Shown piece after piece: positions 51,682 to 61,056 of a DNA stretch of 64,000 bases. A model generated the notes under the pieces. It saw nothing but the letters and a program-made list of their open reading frames with translations. It was not told the DNA's origin and searched no databases. Numbering within the stretch: the first letter of the stretch is position 1; the number at the start of each line of letters is the position of its first letter. The translations under genes were made by a program, and so were the position numbers. Source of the stretch: Chloropicon primus (taxonomy: Eukaryota); contig CP060755.1 in the NCBI GenBank assembly GCA_023205875.1, positions 62,001-126,000 of the forward strand, read 5' to 3'.

Positions 51682-53433
51682 ATGGTGAGCAAGGAGTACT
51701 CGCCCTTGAGCACGCCCCGGTCGAGGTCCGTCATGGCACTTCTGGAGAAGTCGAAGCACGGCAAGCACCGGAACGGGCAGAGGAAGGTGAACGCCATCGT
51801 GGAGGAGAACAACGCTCTAATAAGAGGCATCCTGGGCCTGGAGGACCGAGACTCGGGAGACGAGGGGGGGGAGGCCACGCCGACTCCCTCTCGGGGGGCT
51901 GGGGTGGACGAGGTGGAGCTCCTGGGGGAAATAAAGCGCCTCGAGGAGAAGCTGAAGGAGCAGACTGCGGAGAACATTGGGTTGGAGAAGAAGGTGTCCA
52001 AGATTTCTCAGGACGCGACCTACTTCAGAGCCCAGAGCGACAAGCTGCTGTCCTACCTGAGCGAAGACGAGCTCCGGGTGCTTCGGAAGCACCTGTTCGA
52101 GGTGGAGGTCGACCGCCTCGGGGCGGAGGCTGAGACCCTAAACAGCAAGAACAAAGAGCTGTGCACCAAACTGGAGGGCTTCGAGAGAGACTTGGAGTTC
52201 TTCATCGAGCCCCGGGACAAGAGGCAGAGCAGGGAGAAGTGGATCAGGAACATAACCAAAGCCGCGGAGATCGACTACGAGAGGGCCGTGGGGTCCTCCG
52301 GGGCGAGCACCTCGGAGAAAGGCCGCGGGCTCGGCGGGCACGGGACCAAGGGCAGGGGAGCGGAGAGCGGCTGCAACTTCTTGCTGACGCCCGAGAAGGC
52401 TGCCAGGGAGCTGATGAGGCTAAGGAAGGCCCTGGACGACATGGGGAAGAAAGTTTTGGTCGTGGAGAATGCCAGGGACTCGGCTTACCTGGAGGTCGAT
52501 TACATCGACGTCAAGATCAAGAAAGTGAATGACCAGGCGAACCTCGCTCAGGAGAAGTTGGAGAGCATCAAGACGTTCCAGAGAAAGATGGAGGAGCTCA
52601 CGTTGGTCGAGCACCAGGACAACATCTTGACGAACAAGAGAGTGTCTTTCGCAGAGTTTTACAAGGACAAAGTGAAAGACTATCGTGACGAATTCTCTTC
52701 GAAAATAGACACAGCGGTTAAGGAAGCCAAGAGCTTTCTGTCTCCTCTTCTCTTTGAGCCTCCCCAGTCGAGGGAGGACCCCCTGGGGGACAAGGAGGAG
52801 CACGGCGATGGAGCCGCAGCAGAGGGCGAAGAGGAAACGGAACCCCCCTCGACAGAAGCCCTTGGTGCCAACTCACAGAAGGCCGAGGACGTGATCCCTT
52901 CGCCCGCTCCCGAGACACCAAATCCTCTGAAGAGACTGGAGACTGGGGTGGAGTCCGGGGCTGAGGCCGTCGAGGAGGAGGTGGTGTACAGCAACAATCC
53001 GAAGGAGGGGGGCGCGGGGGAAGGTGAACGTGACCCAGAGGCAAAAACGCCCTTGGCCTCCACCACCAGTAAACTTGGGGCACCCGCTCCGGACTCCACA
53101 AACACAAAGCTCGTGTTCGAGTCCGCCACGAAGTACAGCGAAATGGGGACGCAAACGCCGGAGGCGCAGTTGCCGGCCTCCAAGCTGGACTTCACCCCCA
53201 AGAACTCCTCAGACGAGGACGAGGTGGCTCGGGCCAGGCTCGGGCCCAGGAAGCAGACCGAGGCCGAGCGAATTGAGGAGAGACTTTTTGAGATCCGGAA
53301 GAGGAAGGCTCTTGCATACCGAGACTTGAGCACGGGCACCCTGAGAGCTCTCGCGGAGGAAGCCTTGGAAGAGAAAAAGCTGCTGAAGCGCCTTAAAAAA
53401 ATCAAAAGGAAGAGCAGGAGACGAAACCCCTGA
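51682..53433 (+). CDS. Hypothetical coiled-coil protein
   Basis: 583-aa ORF with heptad-rich segments and a disordered C-terminal half; no family recognised. Confidence 0.75.
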   Translation: MVSKEYSPLSTPRSRSVMALLEKSKHGKHRNGQRKVNAIVEENNALIRGILGLEDRDSGDEGGEATPTPSRGAGVDEVELLGEIKRLEEKLKEQTAENIGLEKKVSKISQDATYFRAQSDKLLSYLSEDELRVLRKHLFEVEVDRLGAEAETLNSKNKELCTKLEGFERDLEFFIEPRDKRQSREKWIRNITKAAEIDYERAVGSSGASTSEKGRGLGGHGTKGRGAESGCNFLLTPEKAARELMRLRKALDDMGKKVLVVENARDSAYLEVDYIDVKIKKVNDQANLAQEKLESIKTFQRKMEELTLVEHQDNILTNKRVSFAEFYKDKVKDYRDEFSSKIDTAVKEAKSFLSPLLFEPPQSREDPLGDKEEHGDGAAAEGEEETEPPSTEALGANSQKAEDVIPSPAPETPNPLKRLETGVESGAEAVEEEVVYSNNPKEGGAGEGERDPEAKTPLASTTSKLGAPAPDSTNTKLVFESATKYSEMGTQTPEAQLPASKLDFTPKNSSDEDEVARARLGPRKQTEAERIEERLFEIRKRKALAYRDLSTGTLRALAEEALEEKKLLKRLKKIKRKSRRRNP

Positions 53434-53521
53434 TTAGCACTGCTTTGGGAGTATGTTATAATACACTAGGTTACACCAGTGTCCGCGTGACAGACCACCA
53501 AGGTTCCCCCCCCCAAGGAGT

Positions 53522-54047
53522 TTACTTCATGAAGACCTTGCCCCCTATCATCTTGTACGCAGGAGCTCCTCGTATCATCGTCTCCCTGGCAAACTGTGCC
53601 GAACACCCAGGGCAGATGCAAGGCTGCTCCGTGAAATCCATCGTTATCCGCTCCACGAAACACTTCACGAGCGCACCTTTCCCCCCCTTTCGATACTTGT
53701 AGAGCTTGGTGTTGCCCAGCGTGCGAAGCAGAGCAAAGGTCAGTCGTCAGTCATGTGTGGGCAGACGGTAGAAGCACGCCTGTCACGCCAACCCGTGCAC
53801 GCTCCCTCACCATCGTGCCGCAGTTCTTGCAGTATACGTCCACAGAACGCCCCGGGAGCTTCTTCCTGGGCTTGGCGAAGCACCTCACATCAGGATATCC
53901 TGTTGCCTCCTGTTGCCGTTGTGGAAACAGAGGAACTTGCCTCAGAAGTGAAGGCGAAGACTCCCCCACCGATCTTGCCACGAATCGGTGGAACGCCCCG
54001 TAACCTCCACCGTGGTGTTTTCCTCCCCTCCACACCAAACCTCTCAT
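53522..54047 (-). CDS. Small Zn-ribbon protein with organelle presequence; intron about 53705-53810
   Basis: Spliced VDVYCKNCGTM|LYKYRKGGKGALVKCFVERI...CICPGC..FARETMIRGAPAYKMIGGKVFMK*. Confidence 0.8.
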
Positions 54048-54464
54048 CCCTCTCTGCCTTCTCCTCAGGGCGAGGACGAGGGCAAGGGCGCCGTGCTCCT
54101 GTTCAAAACAAAACCAACAGCTGGCGCCACACCAGCCGAAGGGTAGCGCTAGAGGTGAGTGCGTGCGCGAAAGGAAGACAGACACACAGAGAGAGAGAGA
54201 GAGATGCACGGGAACTTTCCCGAGCTCGGCAAGGTGAAACGAGCGGGGGGGAGGCAAGAGCGACTTTGCCTCCGTGCTACAGAAAACTACTTCTCGTTTT
54301 ATTAGGCTCGGCCTCTGTCCACGAGTGGAGGCAGAGCAAAGGCACGAGAAACATATGCGAGCGACGGATGGACGTGCTGGACCAACCCAGTCGTACGATG
54401 CCCTGACGCGCACCACTTTGCCTCGTCACGCCCAGGTCGGCTTTGCCAAAGGGAGGGAGCTTGG

Positions 54465-54840
54465 ATGTCTTACTTTGTGCCTTCCGTGGAGGCCCCTCTG
54501 CCTCGTGGGATCGGGAAGCCATCGACTGAGCAGCTGTCCCGCCTGATTCGGGCGGAGAGGGAGCTCGAGAACCGAAAGGCGGACGTGCAGAGGCTCAAAG
54601 GAAGGACAAAGGATGGTCAGGGGCAGAACAACAGAGGGCCTCTCCCACCCCTGGGTCTCAGGACGTATCCGAACAGGCAAGGCGTGACCGTGCAGTCCGA
54701 AGAAGACGGTAAGTTGTGGGATCACACACAAGGCTCTCTTCCCTTGGGAACTCCTCGCCTTTCTGACGCCCCCCTCCTCTCTCCCTTTGCTCTCTGGTGT
54801 CTGGTCAGAAATGGACTTGGGAACGGAGCTGGAGCAGTGA
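54465..54840 (+). CDS. Small hypothetical protein of about 90 aa; probable intron 54709-54808
   Basis: Coding-like ORF ending at a GTAAGT donor; polypyrimidine tract, CAG acceptor, then EMDLGTELEQ*. Confidence 0.45.
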
Positions 54841-54920
54841 TTGTGGCCGGCCGAGAACGTCTCGAGTTTTGTGTATTTGTTATTGGTACAGAAAGTTGTG
54901 TCTTGTTTAATAATATTTTT

Positions 54921-57788
54921 TTAGAGTCCTTGGAACTTGGCTATCAGTGACTTCACCCCATTGTTGCTCCTCGCCGGGTCACTCGATCCACTTGCCGGGC
55001 TTTTGGTCTTGGTGCCCGCCCACTTTGCGCTGAGGTGCTTCATGATTGCTGCATGATCGCACTCCTGGCCGAGCTCCTTCTTCGCGTTGTTGTAATTCTC
55101 CTTGACGAAGAGCGAGAACTTGCTGGGACCCCGGGACTTTGCGGGGGTTCCGTCCGCGTTGAACTTCCCCAGAAACCCAAGCCTGCCCGAGCAAATCCCA
55201 CAAGCCTGCTTGTCAACATTTATCGAATTCGAGTGCCGGCCATAGATACGACCACACCAGTCATTTTTGCACTGCCACCTGAACTTGTAATGGATGTCAT
55301 ACGTGTGGCAAGTGCTGACATTCAAGTCAGGGTACACTTCCATCGCTCTGGCAGCCCAGCTCTTGAAGACCTTGCCGTGAGGAGGCTTCGCAATGTGGTT
55401 GATTAACCAGGCTGCGACGTGACAGAGCTCGTGGCAGAAGGTCTGCTTCAGGCGGCTTTCGCAGTCAATCACCTTCGTGGAGAGCTCCACAGAGGCCGTG
55501 TACTCAGCCTCCCCCCCGAGTCCCATCTTCCTCGAATACTTCGTTATGCCGGCTGTGGTAGCCAGGCTTGGGTTCCAAGTCACTTCGAGATCATCAGGAA
55601 GTTGCCTGTCGAATATGCGAGAGTTAAACTCCGAGAAAAGCTTTTTGACCATCCCCTCCTTCTCCCTCTGAAACTTCTTCATCGCCAGATGACTCCTGTC
55701 TGAGGCGCTGCTGGCACCAAGATCACTTCCCTCGAAGACCATGTCCCTCCCCGGACTGACTTCCTCTTCATCATTCTCGCTCGCAAAGATGCTGTCCTCC
55801 GAGTCAGACTCGATCAGAAGCTGGCTTCTCTTTGGCTTCCTTGTGCTCATAGTAAGGCAAGGCTCTCCCGAGCTGCACGACATGTCATCTTCAGACGCGG
55901 CACGTTGATCGCGCTCCGGGGTGAATTCCTCGTAGATATCTTCATCATCCAGAACTCCGACTTCTGTGACCACCCCAGCCTTGGTAGCACTCAGAGGGCT
56001 GCACACTTCCATGTCAGAGTCCGCCTCGGACTGTGAAACACCGTCGACCGGCTTTCCGTCGCAAGAACATTCGCACCTTGCACTTGACACGTCTGGAGTT
56101 TCGTTCTCTTGCGCACACAAGGAACTCGAAGAAAAGTTGGATTCAGCACTCTGAAATTCGTCCGATCCAGCAGAAGTTCTGCAGCTGCCTGGCTCGCTGA
56201 TTGCATTCACAGTGGGAGGAATTTCGACGTGCCCCTTCGGCTTTGCACCGTTCGAATTCCAGTCCCTCGCGTGGGAATCAACAAATGCGGATTCCTCGCC
56301 CCCCTCTCCATCACTCAGGACAACGTCGTGAATTCCCTTCTCAGCCATCTCGCTTGCGGCGTCCTTTGCGTACGAAGGGAGGTCGAATGAGTTTCCTGCG
56401 CTGTGTCGAACCTGGTCATCGCCGTCGTCATCACTTAGGTCCATATCCGAACTGTCGCTGTCCTCCAAAGGAATGAACGTGGAATTCCTCCTCGATCTCA
56501 CAGTCACGTTTCTCAGGAAGTTCCTGTTCTGCACGCCCGCCGGGAGGTCGTCCCCCAAACCACATTTGCCATCGTCCTCCTCGCTTGTTTCGTCACACGC
56601 TTGAGACTCCAGCACCTCCTCCACCTCCTCCACCTGGATGGGAGAAGCGTCTATTCCAAGAGGAGGGTTGGAGTTCTCCGCTTGACCTTCCGTCGGTGCC
56701 TCGATATCGTCAGTTTTCGCTGTGTCTTCACCAGCGTCGTCCATGAGATCCTCGCCTTCCTCTTCGCAGCTTGGTACCTCCGCCTCCAACAATTCTGTTC
56801 CACGCTCTTGATGCTCGGCAGAAACCAACGGTGTGGGTGGCTCTTCTTCAACTTCCTCTCCGCTCGCGGGCTCACTGATCCTTGCCTCAGCAGTGGTTGT
56901 CGCCTCCACCTCACCGTCCTCTGCCACGTCCATATTCGCTGCGCCTGCTTTCAACAGGACGCTCTCCAAGTTCTCAATCGAGGTGCTCAAAATGCTCACG
57001 ATCACATCCTCTGTCAGTTGCTCGGACGCCAACAAATCTTCTGGGAGCGGGGCATACTGGGCTCCAACTTGAATGACGTCAAGAAGCAAGTCGACTGGAT
57101 TCAAACCGCCGTCTCTCATCATGAGCAGTCCCTTTCTGATCGTGGCGAGCCCTTCGTTGGACTCATACGCCTCGCGCAGCTGCTCAAAGCTTGAGCTCCT
57201 GGGCTCTTCCTCCTGGGGTTCGTCCTCCACCGCACCGTCTGCGAGTCCGGGGCTTTCGGGGCTTTCCAGGACCAACGAGCAGTCCTTTGGCTTCCTGGCA
57301 CTGCAGAGCGGAGCGGCTTCCTCCTCCTCACCGCGAGCACTCTCGTCTGCTCCTTCTGGCGTGCGCAGGTCCGCGCCTTGGCGTTCCTCGGGGGCGTCTG
57401 GAGAAGGTTCCCCTTCCTCCGGGCTCTCGAGGAGGCCACCTCCTCGCCTCTTCGTGGTCGAGTACAGCACCTCGGGCGTGCTTCTCGCGGACTGCGGGGC
57501 GTTCGGGCCGAGGGGCGTGAGCACCCTGCTCGGCGGCGTCGCAACCGATTCCTTTCTCCCGGTGCTCTTCCTCTTGCTCTTGAGCGGGGTGAACAAGTTC
57601 TCCTTGTCGAACATAATAAGCTTCTCCCCCTCCCCCCCGATTTCGCTCTCCTCCTCCTCGATGCAGCACTTGTTCACCCCAAGGGTGCTCCTCTCATTCC
57701 CCCGCTCCGCCCTGCTCTTCTTCGCGCTATCAAACACCGTCGATATCACGCTCGACAGGTTCAGCGTAAAGTCCTCCTCGTCCTCCAT
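54921..57788 (-). CDS. GCNA: GCNA/ACRC-like SprT metalloprotease with acidic disordered region, Zn ribbon and HMG-like tail
   Basis: FN..IFD.QLP, W...L.TTAG, VELS.KVID, HELCHVA.W, HGKVFK.W, CHTY.I.YKF.W.C...C, SKFSLFVKENY. Confidence 0.9.
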   Translation of the reverse strand: MEDEEDFTLNLSSVISTVFDSAKKSRAERGNERSTLGVNKCCIEEEESEIGGEGEKLIMFDKENLFTPLKSKRKSTGRKESVATPPSRVLTPLGPNAPQSARSTPEVLYSTTKRRGGGLLESPEEGEPSPDAPEERQGADLRTPEGADESARGEEEEAAPLCSARKPKDCSLVLESPESPGLADGAVEDEPQEEEPRSSSFEQLREAYESNEGLATIRKGLLMMRDGGLNPVDLLLDVIQVGAQYAPLPEDLLASEQLTEDVIVSILSTSIENLESVLLKAGAANMDVAEDGEVEATTTAEARISEPASGEEVEEEPPTPLVSAEHQERGTELLEAEVPSCEEEGEDLMDDAGEDTAKTDDIEAPTEGQAENSNPPLGIDASPIQVEEVEEVLESQACDETSEEDDGKCGLGDDLPAGVQNRNFLRNVTVRSRRNSTFIPLEDSDSSDMDLSDDDGDDQVRHSAGNSFDLPSYAKDAASEMAEKGIHDVVLSDGEGGEESAFVDSHARDWNSNGAKPKGHVEIPPTVNAISEPGSCRTSAGSDEFQSAESNFSSSSLCAQENETPDVSSARCECSCDGKPVDGVSQSEADSDMEVCSPLSATKAGVVTEVGVLDDEDIYEEFTPERDQRAASEDDMSCSSGEPCLTMSTRKPKRSQLLIESDSEDSIFASENDEEEVSPGRDMVFEGSDLGASSASDRSHLAMKKFQREKEGMVKKLFSEFNSRIFDRQLPDDLEVTWNPSLATTAGITKYSRKMGLGGEAEYTASVELSTKVIDCESRLKQTFCHELCHVAAWLINHIAKPPHGKVFKSWAARAMEVYPDLNVSTCHTYDIHYKFRWQCKNDWCGRIYGRHSNSINVDKQACGICSGRLGFLGKFNADGTPAKSRGPSKFSLFVKENYNNAKKELGQECDHAAIMKHLSAKWAGTKTKSPASGSSDPARSNNGVKSLIAKFQGL

Positions 57789-58286
57789 CCTTATCTTTCC
57801 CCCTCCCCTTTCCACACTCCCCTTTCCAAACCCTCACGCCTTCTCCGCTGCCGTGTTTCCCAGATACACAACAAAAGTCACAACCCGCGACCCAACATGC
57901 ACCATCCCCTCCTCGTCCTCGTCCTCGTCGTCGCCCTCGTCGTCGCCCTCGTCGTCGTTCCTCTCCTTCCTCTCCACCTGTCAACGGGAAGTTCGAATCC
58001 ATTGTTCGAATTTGAAGTACAAGCCGAAGACGAGACGAGACAGAAGAGAGGGGGGCTTCGTCTTCGTCTTCGGCTTCGGCTTCGGCGTGTTCGTGTTGGT
58101 GTGTGGACGCGGGAGCTTGGCGTGGACTGCGTCTTGGTCTTGGGGGAGGGAGGACCGTGGTTCGCGTAGGGGCGGGTGGTTTGAGCCGGGATGGAGAGGG
58201 GAAGGAGGGAGAGGGAGAGGGAGAGGGAGGAGAGGAGACTCCACCGCATGGCGTTTGGAAGGGGGTCGGCCTTGAAGGGAAAGGGG

Positions 58287-58627
58287 ATGGCAATGGGGAT
58301 GGGGATGAGAGTCTTTCACGGAGATGTAGACCTCGACGCGGACTTCATGGAGACCTCGCCTTCGGCTTCCATGGCAGACGCGGACTTTTTCAATGGTAAG
58401 TGAGGTGTGATCTCACCAGAAACGAAAGGAAACGCGGGTTGCCGTGCTTGGCGTGCGGGCGAACTCGGTCCAAGTTCGAGGGGGCTTCGGATCTTGAGGG
58501 CGTGATCGGCGACGAAAGATCCTGACTGCTCGCTCTGGCGCGTTTGAACGTTGGTTGCGCTCCCCCCCTCCTCCTTTCAGACTTCGAGGATGACTTTGAC
58601 GACACGGACCTGAAAGGAGTGCCCTAG
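58287..58627 (+). CDS. CSN9: COP9 signalosome subunit 9 / small acidic protein (CSNAP/SMAP1); exons 58287-58395 and 58581-58627
   Basis: Splicing GTAAGT..TTTCAG gives MADADFFN|DFEDDFDDTDL, the F/D-rich SMAP1/CSNAP signature. Confidence 0.88.
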
Positions 58628-59035
58628 TGGCCGGCTTGCTGCTCGGGTGCCCACAGATGGACACGCGCTGCCTTCGCCTGGCGTGCGACGCCTCGACCGC
58701 AAACGGTCGGAGGAAGTGCTCGCGCACTTCTGTTCCGCCCCGACGAAGGCTTCGTTCGTCTGTTCCGCGAGCGAGCGGGGCCGACGTGGACTCGAGTCCT
58801 GCCACAACCAAAGGCAGCTTCCTGGACGGATCGAAGAGTCGCTCAATCAGAGGCGGTGCTGTCCCTGGCGCTGGGTAACGCGTTCTTGTACTTTTAATCT
58901 TGCAGTAATCTACTACATATTACCTTCGTTAGTCGTCTGGCCCCCGTCTCTCTTTCCTCCTCCTAATCATAGGCAAATGGGTGGGAAGAAGCCGCAAAAC
59001 TCGCGTGTGCGCGTGTGGAGAGAAAAACTTGAAAC

Positions 59036-59108
59036 CCCTCCCTTGCGCCCCCCTCCCTTGCGCCCCCCTCCCCAAGAGGTTCCCTCCCCTCCCCAAGAGG
59101 TTCCCTCC
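59036..59108. repeat. Two adjacent 15-16 bp tandem duplications upstream of NMD3
   Basis: ccctcccttgcgccc x2 followed by ccctccccaagaggtt x2. Confidence 0.75.
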
Positions 59109-59376
59109 AATCGAACATCACATCTCTCGGTCGGGTCGGTCGGGGGGGAGAAAAACTCAGAAGGCGGCTGGCTGCTGCAGAGTTTCGAGAGCGCCGAGGG
59201 GGGAGAAGAGGTGCGACGGGCGCGACGACGGGGGGGAAAGGCCGTGAGGTGCGACCGGACGTAAGGGTCACAGGAGGAGACGCTCGTGACCAACCGGGGA
59301 CGTGTTTCGCGACGCGACGGACGGCGGGGAAGAGACGGAGAGGTGCAGGGAGGGAGGGACCCAGGGGAGCAACAGT

Positions 59377-60984
59377 ATGGAACACGACGGAGTGGAAGGG
59401 GGGCAGGACCCCTCGGTGCCGGGTCCTTCGCCGAGGCAATGGCCTCAGGCGACGGTTGGACACGTTCTTTGCTGTCTTTGCGGCATAAACATACAGCCAA
59501 ACCCGGCGAACATGTGCGTGAACTGCCTGAAGACTCAGGTGGACATCACCGAAGGGATTCAGAGGCAGGTGACGATTCTTTACTGCGACGGTTGCGGGAG
59601 GTATCTCCAGCCGCCGAAGCACTGGCTTTCGTGCCAGCTGGAGTCGAAGGAGCTCCTGACGTTCTGCATCAAGAGGACCAAGGGACTGAACAGGATAAAA
59701 CTCATTGATGCTTCGTTCATCTGGACGGAGCCCCACTCGAAGAGGCTCAAGGTGAAGCTAACGATACAGAAGGACATCTTCAACGGCGCGATCCTGCAGC
59801 ACACTTTCGTCGTGGAGTACATCGTTACCAACCACATGTGCGACTTGTGCACCAAGCAGGCTGCGAACCCGAACCAGTGGGTGGCGTCCGTTCAAGTCAG
59901 GCAGAAAGTGGATCACAAGAGGACCTTCTTCTTCCTCGAACAGCTCATCATAAAGCACGAGGCCCAGGCCAACTGCGTGAACATCAAGAACAGCAACGCA
60001 GGGATGGACTTTTTCTTCGGGAACCGGTCTCACGCCATCAAATTCATAGACTTTCTCCAGAACGTCGTGCCCATCAAGCACAGGAGTGACAAGTCCCTAG
60101 TCTCCCATTGCACGAAGAACAACACCTACAACTACAAGTACACCTTTGCGGTGGAGATCGCGTTGGTGTGCAAGGATGACTTGGTGATCCTCCCAAAGAA
60201 GCTGAACACCGCGCTTGGGAACTTGGGCCCGTTGGTCCTCTGCACCAGAGTCACGAACAGCATCCTGTTCACCAACCCGCAGACGCTGCAGGACCGCTAC
60301 CTGGACGCCGAGCAGTACTGGAGGTGGTCGCTCAAAGCTCTTATGAACTCGAGGCAGCTCACGGAATTCATAGTCTTGGACATTGACGTGGACTGGAGGA
60401 AGACCACTCACGGCGGAAGGTGCGCCTACGCCGATGTCATGGTTGCTAGGGAGAAGGACTATGGGGTGAACGACAACGTGTTCCACACTCGCACTCACCT
60501 GGGAAACTTGCTGCAACCTGGTGACACGGTCCTTGGGTACGACATGCTGAACGCCAACCTCGTGGACCCCAACTTGGACTCGTACCCGCCCCACGTGCTC
60601 ATGGACGTCGTTCTTGTCAGAAAGAGCTACAAGGAGCAGAGAGCGAGGAAAAGGGTCAGGAAGGGCAAGCGCAGAAACTTCAAGCTCAAGAGGCTGGACG
60701 CCGAGGAGGAGGAAGAGGTGACGAGGAAGAAGGTCTCGAGAAACAACGTGGTGGACCCCGAGAAGGAAATGGAGGAGTTCATGGACGAGCTGGAAGAGGA
60801 CCATGACATGAGGGCTCGCATCAACTTGTACAAGGCGGCTACGGGCCAGACGCCATCCGTCACGGAGACGGACGAAGAAGATGAAGTGCCCAAGGTGCCA
60901 CTCGAGGAGCTCCTGGACGACATGACTTTGGGTGACGTCGCAAAGGCGAAGAGGAATCACCCCGACGTCGACATGGAGACGTAG
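59377..60984 (+). CDS. NMD3: 60S ribosomal export adaptor NMD3
   Basis: CCLCG..PNPANMCVNC, ESKELL, FIWTEPHSKR, VQVRQKVDHKRTFFFLEQLI, RTHLG.LL.PGD. Confidence 0.97.
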   Translation: MEHDGVEGGQDPSVPGPSPRQWPQATVGHVLCCLCGINIQPNPANMCVNCLKTQVDITEGIQRQVTILYCDGCGRYLQPPKHWLSCQLESKELLTFCIKRTKGLNRIKLIDASFIWTEPHSKRLKVKLTIQKDIFNGAILQHTFVVEYIVTNHMCDLCTKQAANPNQWVASVQVRQKVDHKRTFFFLEQLIIKHEAQANCVNIKNSNAGMDFFFGNRSHAIKFIDFLQNVVPIKHRSDKSLVSHCTKNNTYNYKYTFAVEIALVCKDDLVILPKKLNTALGNLGPLVLCTRVTNSILFTNPQTLQDRYLDAEQYWRWSLKALMNSRQLTEFIVLDIDVDWRKTTHGGRCAYADVMVAREKDYGVNDNVFHTRTHLGNLLQPGDTVLGYDMLNANLVDPNLDSYPPHVLMDVVLVRKSYKEQRARKRVRKGKRRNFKLKRLDAEEEEEVTRKKVSRNNVVDPEKEMEEFMDELEEDHDMRARINLYKAATGQTPSVTETDEEDEVPKVPLEELLDDMTLGDVAKAKRNHPDVDMET

Positions 60985-61056
60985 TAGAAGTTTGTGTGCC
61001 CTTAAAGACAAAATGATCTACAAGAGAAAATATTTAGAATTTAGAAAAGACTGGTT

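Noticed and set aside
54465..54840. Possible APC/C small-subunit (APC15-like) identity
   Set aside because: Resemblance too vague to name without a profile search
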